From: Mizuhopecten yessoensis
Taxonomy: Eukaryota
Reading direction: 5' to 3'
DNA length: 64,000 nt
NCBI RefSeq assembly: GCF_002113885.1
Contig: NW_018408528.1
Coordinates: forward strand, 511,252 to 575,251
This document shows, piece after piece, positions 41,820 through 56,712 of the stretch. Both the position numbers and the translations under genes were made by a program. The notes beneath the pieces are model-generated. The model saw only the letters and a program-made list of their open reading frames with translations, had not been told where the DNA came from and did no database searches. How positions within the stretch are numbered: the first letter of the stretch is position 1; every line of letters begins with the position of its first letter.

Positions 41820-44800
41820 GGTGACTGTAAGAGAAAAGAAGAATGTTAAAAAAATACCAAAATTGTCACCACTACTTGGATGATTTTTGATTACCTATTA
41901 GTCTTATTTATTCCACAAAGTCAAACAATAATTTGATACAAAACATCAAAGTCTGAAAATGATAATCTGTTTACATGTACAGTATATACAAACTGCAGGT
42001 AGTCAACTATGTTATGTTCTATGTCTAAACTGTTACAGTACAGTACAGTAAATGTCAGGTATACCCCAATATATTCATCTGTACCATGTCATCAATGTTG
42101 TCATTATCAGTATGACACTGTATTACATTAAATTCAAAAATGGTATTGTTCAACAATTGTTTCGTTATTGTGAAAGTCCTATGTAAATGTGATGTATCGG
42201 CAAAGATCTGGTATACTAAAGTGGAGTATACAAACAGTCTAAACGCTAGGATGCACAGAACGTCATTCACAAATAGACACACTGCTGCACACACGTTACA
42301 CTAAATGCATCCCATCAGATCATGTTTTGTTACTATTCCATGAGAAAAAAATATGCAGTTATGTAAATATAAAGAACATGGTGTTCATATATCATGATAC
42401 TGATACACATTATTTAAATTGGTCCCAGATACGGTCATACCATGCACATTATGTAAATAAGTCGAATATAAATTCCTTGTATCATGTCAGATGCTCCCTA
42501 AAATTAATGCACGTATACTCTATCAAATGACAAGTTACGAATAGAATTTGCATAAGATATTAAAAATATCCGGAGTGACTATGATGCATGTACCAAAGTG
42601 TAGGCATACAAATGTCTACCATATACACAATGGATATAGGTAAGGCGTAGATGACCAAGCAAATGCATGTATATATACACCAGTATGACACCAAAGCACT
42701 GAGGATATGTATCCTATGATGGACCAGAAATCCCCAGCAGCTTATAAAACTGTTCATCAGAAATCCAATGATTGATTTGAAATATGATGCATCAATGACA
42801 TCAAAGCCTATATACATAGGTAAAATGTACTTCTACATCTCACAGTATATCAACAATCGTCTTTAGCCAGCCGCGGATGAACCATTCTGTCACCCGGTCA
42901 CTGGCCGTATAACAAATGTGTCCGGCTTTCCTCCACATTAACTCCACAGATCTATCAGGATCAGGACCCTGGGGTTGAAAGCCTGATCAGCTCTACACAA
43001 GTTCATGGAAATTGTTTGTGTAGTCTTTTTTTCAAAATTAATGAATTACATATCTCAAACAGCATGATTATGCATGAGATATGATTATCCTATGACAAGA
43101 AACAGAAATATTCATATTTTTTAGGATGTTCTCTAATAACTGTTGGTATGACATATTGTCATTAAGCTGACATAGTATCAAACAGCAGGGACTGAGACAG
43201 AGGCTCTTCCTCTGAACATCTAATGGGTTGTGAATGGGGGAGCTCTTCCTTGGACCCACCTAATGGATTGTGTAAGAGTTCGACTTCCTCCGACCCTAAC
43301 CACTTAATCGATTGAGATAGATAGAGTCGGACTTCCGCACAGTTTTGGGATAGTCCTAGGTATATCCTATCAATATAATATACTTAACCCACTCACTATC
43401 TTTTGAAACATCCAGATTATTTTGTTGTTGTTGTTTTTTTAACAGGAAGCCTCTATGAGTCATTTAAGAGATCAAATACACAATGGGAAATATTTTCACA
43501 CAGGTGTTGGCACTATATAAGCACATGTATAAACACCACTTCAGCTACTACCTATATACAATATCAAAATAATTAATATTTAATATATATATTGTACTCG
43601 GAAAGCAGTTAAAAATATCTTTGTTCCCAGTATCTCACCCTACATTTACTTCAGATACATACGTACCCTATATGAATTTTGTTTTTAAATAGGCACAGTA
43701 ACGTCCAGTTATCTAGATCTCCTTCAATGACATATGTAAAGAGATTGCAGGTACTCGTATTAGACGATCACAATCTCAAAGTTGTCACAATACATAGGAC
43801 TATTTGGAGACAAACTACAGTAGGTTATGTAAAAGTTGTATGAAATGGTAATGAGGTAAATTTTACTTGTATCTATGAAATACCCTGATGAGTGGTACAG
43901 ATGCCCTGACGTGTGCGAGAAAACAATAGGTCTATAAATACCAGACATCAACGTTGTGTCCACTGTTTATGATGTAGTACCCCGAGAATCTCCTGACAGA
44001 TTATCACCGTCAAATCTTCATTGATTACATTTATTTACCTGTCATACATCACCAAGGTATGATTTCACACCCAAACAAAAGTAAAACAGTCAGGTATACA
44101 CTCTAATCAAGCCTACTGATTCTCTGTCAATAACACTATAGTACATTACTGCCACCCACATTATCCCTGGCCGTACAAAAATACTAGCTGTGTGTACGCT
44201 ACCACGCCACTTCATTACAGGAAACACAAAAAGGAAATCACCTTGAAATTAATATTGATATCCACAAAAACATCATTTAAATCTGAATGTTATGGCATAT
44301 CATCAATATATAGATCACCTCATCCATCTTCAGGTCTCGTAAAAGCACATACACAGTATGTACATTATATCTTTCATAGACGTAAGTTTTCATCAGCATA
44401 CTGAATTGGTGTGTACATACTGTGTACTGGTACAATTATCACATTATACAGTAACATTAACAAAACTACATACCATTATCATCTACAGTATGTATATATC
44501 TTACTCTATATGATGCACTAAGTATAAATTCACCTGCCAGTATGTCCTGTATATATATAAGGCTGTAATACTACAGCAAGTGTCAAAAACGTGTCCTCTT
44601 TTAACCTAATAAAGTGAATCATGCAACAAGGAAACTTGGAAACTCTATATTTCCTGTTTGAAATTAGAACTTTTCAATCCAAGGTTATATATCAATGTCT
44701 CTTTACCAAGGTATTACCATACTGTTTCCTGTATTTGATTGGGAGTCTTTGTCAGTCCTTGTGGCATGTGGCAGTATACAGGCAAACTTTTCCAATGTTT

Positions 44801-45330
44801 GAACAGTATTGAAATTTTAATCATAGTGCCCATGAAAAACTTGTGATCAATACTAAAAAGCATTTAATTCCTTCTTTTGAGAAAAATCAAAGCCCCTAAA
44901 ATCTTGTTTACATTTAATTATTGAACACACAGACCCTTAATCTACGGGTTTATCTGGTCTGACCGTAACAGCTGTTATATATCAAAGCAGGTAGTTATTA
45001 ATTTTACTAGTAATTTAGATTTCTTGTTAGGACAGCATGACAATATAACACACAATGCACTAGTGCAGGAAGTACTGCATTATTCATACATATATAACCC
45101 TCAGAAATAGTCATCAGTGTATTCAGGTAAATAACATATTAAATGTATCTTCCTTACATACCACGGTATGACATATTTCATCTATGCAAGTCAACATAAT
45201 ATAGACTGAGCTGGCAATCAATACAAACATGTACATATACTTAAGCATGTTAACGTTGCCAGTCTGCTTTAATTTCCCAGCTCTGAAGACTTTTTAATGA
45301 AGTGGCTCATTAGATGACATATTAGACATA

Positions 45331-45750
45331 CCGTATTTATCCAGCAATAAGCCCATGCCTGGTAATGTGCCCACCTACAGTCAAACTTTCATAAATCGAA
45401 CTTCGAAGATTGAAACTTTTCGGTGTGTCGAACATACGACAAAGTCCAGATTTGTTCCCTTATATAACAAATGCCTTAGCCTGTGTTTCGTCACATTTTT
45501 TAAAGAATCATCTTCTGTCTTATTTACAGGATTTTGATGTTCAATATTCGTGAGTCGAAGTCCCAATGTTTCATTTTTTTCTAGATGGTCGCGCAAAGTT
45601 TGAAACATCAAAGTTTGACTGTATATGTACAACCTTTGAGTAGACATGTTGGCAAATGCTATTTTGTTGTCATATGTAAGAAGTCCATCCCCTTGACTTT
45701 GAGTCGGAGATTATTATTGGACTCCCAGGCTTTTTGATAGATAAGTACAG
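45331..45750. mobile_element. Tc1/mariner-type MITE
   Basis: TA|CCGTATTTATC...GATAAGTACAG|TA: imperfect TIRs with TA flanks. Confidence 0.55.
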
Positions 45751-48189
45751 TAGTATCTTGGGTATTAACGGGACTGTATCAAAATAGAACAGGTGGTTTA
45801 CATGGCAAGTACCATACTAGGGCTGGTGGTAATGACAGGTGGTGTACACAGTACTTATAATAGGAGTAAAGATTTCCTTCTATGGACATTAAACCTAAGT
45901 ACTGTAATTCTAAGATAAAGTAAAGTATCATTAATGAGTTTTTAATCTATATAGCAACCTTAGGCCTGGTATTTTTAAGTTAAATTTTTTCTGTATAATA
46001 CTGATCAGATTTAATTGCGTTGATCATCTAATGACATGGGATTGGTATTGAAACACTTGGATAAGACAAAATACTACAAATGAATAACAAGGCTTTGCAG
46101 ACAATAATAATACTCTCCTGACTACAAGTGATCAGAAATGTACTCAGCAACACATAAGTTTCAAACCAGTAGAGCAATGTCAACAAAATTCTATTTATAG
46201 TAACAGTGACCTTGTTTTTTACCCAAGAAGGTTAAAATTAGAACATTTCATGAAATTTCACAACCATTGGATAAAAAAAGGGCGCTGAGATCATTTAGGA
46301 TACATACGAGACATGTACAGGCGTATCCTTATATACCCTGAACGACACGTCGCAGGGGTAAATAACACTTTTTATTATTAAGACCTTGTATTTTTTAATT
46401 TAAACTGCATAGTATATATCACTCATGTGTTCATTTGTTTTTAATAACGTGTTGGATACAGTCTTATTTCTATAAATCATCTGTACATGAATTATTTACA
46501 TATTTTAGGTTCTCGTGTCAAACATACTTAGCTTTAAAAATCTGTTAATGGCAAGTGAATACCAGCATTAAATGACTAAGGAGTACCAGTGTTACAATCA
46601 GTTTTATCTGTATTTATTTTAGACACCTGAAGGTTTAAATGTATCAATGTACTATAATACCTATTCTGTATCCATATTCAAACTAAAATGATTATACTGC
46701 AGCAATTTGTTTTTACAAGACATAGTATAATAATCGTATCATAATATAAAAGGCTATCTGTTGATAGAGCTTAGTACTATAAATTGTACATACCAGGTAT
46801 AGGTTGAATGTGGTCCTGGTCTGGCCTACACACACAGACGACTGAGGAGGAGGAGGAGGAGACAGAGATGGACAGGAGGGGCCTACAACAATGGGTGATT
46901 ACTGCCAATTAGCACTGGTTATCTGGTCACAGACCGCAGGTGTCTGGTTCGTATCAGTTACAGCAACAGTAGGGGCACCAGTGGGGAAATCATATTCTGA
47001 CTAGACTGTCTTTTAACTAGAGTAGGTCTTACACATGTTGGTTGACCTACGGTCAAGAGGTTGTAGACTTGCTAAAGTCAATATATAGATTGGAAAATAA
47101 TCGATAATCATAGAGAGTAATAGCCAGTCCATATCTGGACCTGCCATTGACTACATAATAACTCAAACAGCCAGCCATCTACATGTACAATAACAGGGAA
47201 GTCAATCATCAGCCTTTGTTGGCCTCATTCTTAAAGGGAAATATTTAAGTTACATACAAGTAAAGCCCCATTATGAACATGTACATAACATGTTAAATAC
47301 ATTAAAAATTCATGAAAAGATATCTTCCTAGTAACCACTTTCCTTTCCAAATTATCACTATCCCCTTCATACCAACCTAATTAGTACTCTGTCAATTATG
47401 TTCCCTGTGTGTCCCCGTTGAAAACCTTATTGTATGATTTTACAATACAACACTGACCAGACAGGCTGCCCAACCCAGGACAACTGGATTCCATCACTGT
47501 CATAGCACTATAACTACTTTTATCTTGTGAGGTTAGAAAATCAACACGTTTTACTTTATTTACAGGTTCCATGTCACTCTGAAATACCAATGTTATCATT
47601 TTTATTTTGGACTCTGAAACATTTTGTCATATGAGTTATCAGGTAATTTACATTCCACACACATGTTCATAATACCATTGACCTATCTGCAATCGAATAT
47701 TTATCAGCAATCTTTAGTTAGAACACCTGGATCGTGCAATATACACTTAACCAACAAATGCTTTCATCACGTGATTTATTCATCAAACAACCAGTATCAG
47801 ATATTTCATCGTGACAGCACTTTAAAATGGCCTGTGAGTCAGTGAGCTCACTGTGACCAGTAAACATTGTTATCGTCAGACCTTATAATCAGCTATTGTA
47901 AAGACCTTAACCCTGAAAAGAAAAACTTGTGTAAAAGTTTAGTGACACTTTTCGTATTATATTTACATGTACATGTACCAAAACTATAGTTTCTTACAGC
48001 TTAGGCATATATGTTCATTAAGTTTTTACAGGAACTGAAAGTTGTGTGTTGGTAGAAGCTGGGAAAACACTTGAAAACTAGTAGCATAAGTTATAAAGAT
48101 CATGCATCATTCCAAAAGGACTCAAACCAATAATTAGAAGTGACTATTATATCTGAAGGGCTGTCTCAACACGCCCCCATCAACAAGCT

Positions 48190-48378
48190 AGTTTGTTTGT
48201 TGTGTGGTCCGTCCTATTAACAGATATGGTCATTTAAAGACATACCAGGTTAGGTGGTGGAGGAAAGCTAGAGTACCTGGCGTTTGCCCAACATAGGCCT
48301 GGAACCTGCGACCCAGTGGTAGAGACTAGTGATTGTAAACAGTCAGACGCCTTAACCACTTTGCTACGGGGACCCGAC
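48190..48378 (-). mobile_element. tRNA-derived SINE, same family as 19291-19509
   Basis: Shares GTCCTATT-ACAG-TATGGTCATTTAA and GTCAGACGCCTTAACCACTT; flanked by imperfect CCATCAAC(A/G)AGC duplication. Confidence 0.7.
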
Positions 48379-50219
48379 TCCATCAACGAGCAACAAACTG
48401 TCTGAAGGGCTGTCTTAAAATTTCCAAACACAATACCTATCTACATGTGAGACTGATGCCACTATGGACCAACAAACACAAAATGTCACTATTGGAGACA
48501 TACAGTTGGAGATTTCAATCAAATAGTCTGGTACTCAGTACTGTAACCGAATGTCCGTGCTGTTCATGCTAATGACTAAGTCCTGGTGTTGAAGTACTAT
48601 CTGTACTACACAAGCTTCACACAGTAGGAACAGTTAGTATCAGTGCAGTGTCGGTACATGTACTATACACAACAAAAGAATTCAAATAATTTCTGTGTCA
48701 TGCCTAAAACCAAGACTTTATAGGAAAGGCATTACTTGACAAAGACTGCATAGTAGGATAACGCTACATGTCTTTATATAGTATATTACAGGAAGACACG
48801 CAAGAGCTCCATTTAAACCCATAATGAAAGGCAATAACAAGGAATTTGAATTGAAAAGAAGATTATAGATGTGATTGGCAAAAAAATAACACAATACAAT
48901 AAAACAGGAAGGTCGAATTACCTCCCCTTTGTCAGCAAAGTCATAGAGGTCATCATGACCACTGTCAATGACATTGAAATGTCTTTTATATTACATGTAA
49001 ACTTGAGGAGAGAACCTGACACCCAAGGTGACAAGCTTCCTTACAGATGACAGGGAAGGGTAGCTATACCCTTGACGATATTGTACAGAAATGGTGTGTG
49101 TTCATTGGCTCAGAGGCTGTGAGGAATGTTATCTGTCACAAGCCCCAATACTCACACAAATGTCTGGCAGGTAAAACAATGGCAGACCTTATAGTACTCC
49201 CATTTTTGTGTTAGCTTCATCATTAAAAGATGCACTATTGTAACGTAGGTATCTATATTTATACATGTAGGCCCTGGAGCTTTATAAAGTCACAGTCTGA
49301 TTTCTACTACCGTAATGCAGTCAGGATATACATATACGGAATGTAAAACAACACCTTATTCCCTTCCTGTCACCAAATAAAATGTGTTCAGTGTCTGCAC
49401 TGACAATGTTAACTGTATAGTGTATATGTATACCTAGATACCATATACCAATACCTGTTATTATCTACATACACAGATCTATTGACATCCTCTTGATTCA
49501 AACAGAAAGTCAACATACATTTTAATATGTTGTATTTGTTCTGATAAAACACTTTCCTATTATCAATTGTTGGTTTTACTAATAAGGGTGAAGTTTGTGA
49601 AAAAATATCAAGTCTTAGGGGGGCCATTAAATATTGATGCTGATGTACATTACAACTGTAATGGGTTTTCCCATACATTAGTATCACACACGCTCATTAA
49701 CTTTTCATAAATAAGGTGCCTCTGACTGGTAGTACGACCGAGACTGATTCCCTGTACCACTATGTACAGGTACTCGGTCTGCAGGTACAGGTAGTACATA
49801 TACAGATGCCCTATTCTATGTTATACCCAAGCATGGTACTACAGAACTTTAGCTACACATAATACAATAATAAAGTATACATGTATATATGTGTCTACAT
49901 ATTAAAGGGGCCCTAGCTAGATATGGCATTATAGTAAAGAACATTATATGTCTAGGTACCTGGTATTGATCAATCCAATCAAACTGTCTGTCCAGGAAAT
50001 TCAATTTACAAGTTAATTTCTTCCCACAGCTAATATAAATGGCTGCTGGCTTCAGTTATAATTATTAGTGGTGGGGTATTTCACCAGATCCGCATCTGGT
50101 TACAAACTGTGATACACAGGAATACAGTCAATAATTAAAGGGAAGCTTAAGCGATCATATGATCCCTTTATCACTTTAACGATAATAGATATACAACTGT
50201 ATAAATATAGGATTGACGT

Positions 50220-50735
50220 TCTGTGTTATGTGTCTAAGTCAACATCTGTGATACATGTCTAAGTCACTATCTGTGATATGTGTCTAAGTCAACATCTGTG
50301 ATACATGCCTAAGTCACCATCTGTGATATATGTCTAAGTCACTATCTGTGATACATGTCTAAGTCACTATCTGTGATACATGTCTAAGTCACTATCTGTG
50401 ATACATGTCTATAATAATATAAGTCACCATCTGTGATACGTGTCTAAGTCACTATCTGTGATACATGTCTAAGTCACTATCTGTGATATGTGTCTAAGTC
50501 AACATCTGTGATACATGCCTAAGTCACCGTCTGTGATACATGTCTAAGTCACTATCTGTGATACATGTCTAAGTCACCATCTGTGATACATGTCTAAGTC
50601 ACCGTCTGTGATACATGTCTAAGTCACCATCTGTGATACATGTCTAAGTCACTATCTGTGATACATGTCTTAGTCACAATATTTGATTCATGTCTAAATT
50701 ACCATCGGTAATTGATGTCAATTAAGTCACCATCA
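50220..50735. repeat. 25-bp minisatellite
   Basis: (GTCTAAGTCACTATCTGTGATACAT)n. Confidence 0.95.
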
Positions 50736-53700
50736 CAATAGAAATCAGGATAATAGCTTAATAACTTTTTTATTTCTTGTTTTTCAATTAAAAGTTGTTT
50801 AAATGATGAATTCATTCACATTTAAAACAAATTTTGCATTTGAATACAGTATGTATATTCTAAGGTTAACAAAATTCTTAATCATTTCCCTACCAATAAT
50901 ACAAATAGAGTACCTTTAATATCCCTATACTATATATTGACTGTAAATATACCTTCCTTGGTTAAGTCTTACAATGGTTAAGTCTCAGGAAATTCGGAAA
51001 TTTCAACATGTACCTACCTGGTACATTTACTCCCTGATTTGTGATACTGGTGGGCGAGTGTCGTTAAACTTTGAATACAGGTTTTATTCTAAAGATTTCC
51101 AAAGTTGTTTTTGAAAGGAGTATATCCGTTAGCCTGAATGTCAATAAGATTAAATAACAGCAGGTTCCTTTATCAGAAATAAAATAGCAGGACCTGAATT
51201 TCTTTCACCTACTCTGCACATATTACCATAGTTTGTATAGGTAATCATGGCTAGAATTCACACCTTTTCCCTTGCAAACCAACCCATTTTGAAGAAAAAA
51301 ATGTATTTTGCATAAAAAATTACAATTTAATTCAAAATCTAAAATGTGGTAACATAAAGATACACTGTATTCCAGGTGCGGTGGTTAATACGTTCGCAAG
51401 TAAATGTTAGATTTGATAACTGTTCTTGATTTAAATTTATCCTTGGAGGAACCTTGTACAGGATATTTGTGTGTATACTGCATTCAGGAGAATTTATATC
51501 ATACAAAGTCTTTAGAAATCCTATTTCTACAGCTGTTTATCAGCTATTAAATAGTCGACATGTCAGCAGGAGACTGACCTATATATATATATAAAACATT
51601 TGAATCGAAACCGAACTGAACCACTGTTACAATATACCTATGCAGATATAGACAGATTTAAATACCATACAGTACACACACAATAAACCTCACACTGTGC
51701 ATACAAAATGTATCAGTTGATATATTTCTTTTGAAAATTAAAATATACATACAGTGACACATGTCATCAATTTCTGTAATCATACTGCACACACAGCAAT
51801 TATATTGACAAAAAATACTTTAAAATGAAATATCTGATATTTAACATATTACATATTTAAATTGGAGAAAATTATGAATTCAAATCTCCTACCTGTATTG
51901 TCAGCAAGCATAATATATCCAATGTGAGCTGTGCTGTGATGTATTTGACACCTAAAGTTATATGCATTAGTTATATGAGTGGACTCCAGTACAGAAATGA
52001 CACATGTGGACTGTCCAGACCCTAGTCATACCTGTATACCATACCTGTCTCTGTGAATGTTTCCCTGACAGGTATCCCATTGACACCACACCTCCTTACC
52101 TATATTGTAATCAGGACTAAATCCTGCCCCCTACAGCTTCCTGTGGCCCTTGCATGTCAACAAACACTCCACACAACAATGAGAGGACGACCAGCCTTTG
52201 TAAGACTGCCCTGCTTTGATACCCTCTGATCCCAGTTAAATCACTAGTACAATGAACTTATGACGATCTCCACGCTGTGTTATAAGCTTCCTGCGTACTG
52301 TCATGATTTCCACGCCTCAGTGACTAGCAAAAGAATCTACCAGACACCGTGAGATTCCGCTTCACAGACCAAACTATAGGATGTGGATACAGATTTATGT
52401 ACAATGTATATACCTATAAACCCATTATAAATTATACCCACATTCAGATCATTACTGTACATACACAGCATATGTCTATGCTACCTATGTGTGAAATGAC
52501 CAACATAAGGTCATACCCTCGGGTAAAATTTCATGCTCGGTCAGCCATTACAAACTAGGTCAATTGCAAGAAAGCCTTGTTCAACTTATCAGGCACAGTC
52601 ATCTGGAAGTATTTTCTTTCATTTGTCAGGTAATTATGAAAAAGGAAGCATGTAGTTGTCAGAAAGATGCCCAAGGGGCCTGTAAACCATTAGCCGTGAC
52701 TACCTACTAATTGAGCTACAATTTTAACCACTATAGCTATCGATAGCTAGGAAGTTAGTGTACATTTACCAAATTGCAATATTTCATCCAAAAATATGGT
52801 GACATTTGTATCATTTTTGTCAAATATATTTTAATTGATAAATTAAAACTAAGACAGTAGATAAATTATGCATTGCGCTGAGGGCCATATGAGCATTTAA
52901 GGACAGGATGCTCTACAAAACCGCTGACGTATAGCCCCATATGGCGATATTTAATGCTATCAACAAAACCCCTCGGTACCTTCTAATATGTTCTTTGTTC
53001 TTGATAAAAAAAAATCCATTAAAACTTTGGTCAAAAGTTTTTATCTCTTGATATCAAGAGGATGATCAAATTAAGACTGGGCAGGGAGCATTGTCCATGA
53101 ACTTTTAATAGTTTTTCTATGTGCCTCCATTACGAGTTGAACCCAGCACTACAGATGCATGTGATCGGTACCCATTGAGCTTGCCATTGAGCTATAAGAG
53201 GAAACACACTCTAGTGAGTCAGTAACAAGCAACTAGATGGTTTACCACTATTGCATATTCCCCTCCAAGAAATAACTTTTCGTTGATTCTTCCTCATTAA
53301 TCCAGTCCAAAATAAGTATCTCCATTTAAAAAACAGTTCTGATGGGCTGCCCCATCATACTTTTTGAAATGAGATTATCAGTTATTCCAGACTAGAATAT
53401 ATAAGGTTGACAAGATTAATGTACACAGTCCCAATGCAACCAAGGTAATTTTGCCAGGTACCTGATCTACAAGGAATCAGACATGGGACAGTTCCCTCTC
53501 GCTGAGTTAATAACTGGTGACTAGATGATTCATTGTTGAAACAGTTAAAATAAACATTCTGTTTAGTATTTCAACAATGGTTACCACTGCCTATGTTGAT
53601 GTGGCATTTACATATGTCACGAATGTGTCATTCTTACTACCAAAAAAATAAATCATAGTGTAATGGATCACAGTTACTTTACTAACAATCAAAATGTCAC

Positions 53701-54267
53701 TGCATAAAGGCCTAACATCATCAAAAACAACTGGTTTACAAGCACTGGGTGCCATGTCCAAAAATGATGGACTTTGACTGGAAAACAGTTCAAACTATCC
53801 AGTAACCGTACTATATCAGCCAAAATATTTAGACTGAATAAAAAATTCATCGCTCCCTTGCTTAACATAGCGATAAAACTAAATGGACCAGATGAAAGCC
53901 TCAACAAAAATCATCAAACACTCTTGGATGATTACAAAGTACTTTCAACTATCCGACTCCCTGAGCCTGCATATGTAAACATCTTCAATCAACTGTTTAA
54001 AATTCCAATGTATAATAGGTATATGTCACGCCTGTTAGTTAGTGACAAAGGAAGTTTATTTATATAACTTCTGATTTACTCCAAATTATGAATTCCACTT
54101 TGGGTATATGATAATTATATAAATTAAAAGTAACTCGGACACTTTTTGTCGGTCAACATTGGCCATGAATGAAGAATCAGTTTGCTTTGCCAATAGTGAA
54201 TCTGAGACTGTATTACAATAATCCAGCCATTCTGAGTACGGTATGTATTAAATCAATTTTACCTTTA

Positions 54268-54420
54268 AGGAGGCACGATAGTCTAGTGGTAGGACACCGG
54301 GCTCGTGTCCAAAGGGTTGCGGGTTTGGTTCACGGCCGACACTGTGTTTTATCTTTGAGCAAGATATTTTACTCCGTTTGTTCCAGTCTACTCAGCTGTA
54401 AATGAGTATGTGGTTAGTCA
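54268..54420 (+). mobile_element. tRNA-head SINE with CORE-like body
   Basis: A-box-like TAGTCTAGTGGTAG, then TCTTTGAGCAAGATATTTTAC...CAGCTGTAAATGAGTA. Confidence 0.55.
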
Positions 54421-54977
54421 GTGCTAGGATTGCAGAATGCTAGCTGTGAGTCATTCTGAATTTGTATTAAATCAACTTTCGTTAAAACAGACAACTTTTG
54501 TCTACAGTCATTCTTAGCTGGAGTGAAGCATCTCTTTGTATAGAAGTAAGAACATGCAAGGACATACAGGGCAAGGCTCTCTTCATAGTGGACCAATGTG
54601 CCAATAGACACTAACATAGCCACGTAAACTCTGATTTAAAGTAAAGCTTTTACATGAAGCAACATATACCTTCACAAGAGTTGAGTCTGGTGTTTCATTT
54701 GTTAATGAGGTACAGACTTCTAGTTCAGGAAAATAACATGAAATATTCACCAAGCCACGCTCGTTTGTTAGGTAATGATGTCTGACAGACAGAGTTACCT
54801 TAAAATATATATAATTAACAACAATTTACGGCTATAAGAGAATACATAATGTCTATATAATCTCAATATCATTATGAATTATGTAAAACTTTTGGTATAA
54901 CCTTGTAACATGATGTTCCTCTTAGATTTTTATGTCCTTCAGACATGCATGCTGCTGCATGACATTTCTTTTTTGTG

Positions 54978-55060
54978 TACCGTATATGACCGCAAATAAG
55001 CCCCCACCCCTAGTGAAAAAACATAGACACAAAGTAGGGAGGGGGCTTATTTGCGAGCAA
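54978..55060. mobile_element. MITE end fragment with internal 15-bp inverted repeat
   Basis: TACCGTA end; CGCAAATAAGCCCCC / GGGGGCTTATTTGCG. Confidence 0.45.
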
Positions 55061-56267
55061 CCCCCCTGTTCACAAATGCCCGCCATGTTGGATAAATACC
55101 ACTGTTTTGATCTATGACCACACTAAATATCATGTACTTATACACTGTAGTTTTTTTAACTAACAGACAGAATATTTAATAAGTCACTAAAAGTTGACTA
55201 GTCGATGGTGCTGTTGTTTTTCTGAACTTATTTTCTATCATCAACTGGTCTCAATAATTCAATTTTATCAACCATCATTTTTATATTTTTTTTATTGATT
55301 AGTCAATCAGTACTCTTTAAGACACATTACCAACATTCAGAGGTGTAAACAATTTAATAGCACGACGATCAGGCACTCTGGTGTTTGGCTAGCGCCATTA
55401 CATGTACCGTACTATATAGCTAGTCCAATAGACGAAGAAATTTGAGTATACAAGGCTGGTATATGAAATTGATGCCAGGAACATATATATTTGTGTGTGT
55501 ATAGATATATATTTATATCAACTATGTAATCCTATAAGAACTGCCTGAGAAATGAAGGCAATTCAATGCTTAACCAATAACTTCTGATTTCATAATTCAA
55601 ATAACCAGACTACAAATAGAAACAAATTTGAAGTCATAAAGTTAAAAAAAATATAGATGACTTTAAATCAAAACATTGAAAAACTTGATCATTTTGCAAA
55701 CTTTTCCTTGTTTGGAGTCCAACATTTAAATGCACTATAAAATTTGAGTGATATATAATCCAGGGAAAGTTGGACTATACTGTGACCAAAGTTCCCCCAG
55801 TAAGGAGCGGATTGTTCAGTAGATTAGATAGCTTTCATTTCACCACTAGTGACTTACACATGGAAAACTGTGTTGTGGTCAAAATCTTCAAAATCTTCGA
55901 ATTCTCATTCACTGACAGAGATTACTTTCAGCCACTAATGAAGATCGCTCTAACAGATAATCTCACAGTAAGATCATGCATTGTGATTATTGTCACTGAT
56001 TGACAACATATACATTTAACTAGAGATTTAAACAAATCTGAGTCATAGTTTCTGTCCTTGTATAAAAGTGAAATAAACAAAATCTGTACTTGTCCACAGA
56101 TTTTATCTAGTCCAATTTTAAATCCCAACAGTTATTGAACATGTACAGATATTTGATACTTGCCAGACTAAAACCTCACCACATTTCAATAGTATATTGT
56201 AGCTATACCACTTCCATGTTTCTCTATATGTAGCTTCCCGGCCCTCACCACATGTCTACCGTATATA

Positions 56268-56712
56268 CACAGGTCTGGCTTATTGATATGTTGTATCTCT
56301 TAGGTGGTCTTTATAGACAGGTCTGACTACTTTTATGTTGTCTCCCTTTGGTGGTCTTTATAGACAGGTCTGGCTTCTTTTTACGTTGTCTCCCTTTGAT
56401 GGTCTTTATAGACAGGTCTGACAATTGTCTATGTTGTCTATTGGGTGGTCTTTATAGACAGGTCTGACTATTGGGTGGTCTTTACAGACAGGTCTGACTA
56501 TTGTCTATGTTGTCTCTATTGGGTGGTTTTTATAGACAGGTCTGACTATTGTCTATGTTGTCTCTATTGGGTGGTCTTTATAGACAGGTCTGACTATTGT
56601 CTATGATGACTCTACTTTTTTACGTTGTCTCCCTTGGGTGGTCTTTATAGACAGGTCTGGCTACTTTTTACGTTGTCTCCCTTGGGTGGTATTTACAGAG
56701 GTGTTTGACTTA
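56268..56712. repeat. ~48-bp minisatellite
   Basis: GGGTGGTCTTTATAGACAGGTCTGACTATTGTCTATGTTGTCTCTATT and variants. Confidence 0.9.
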
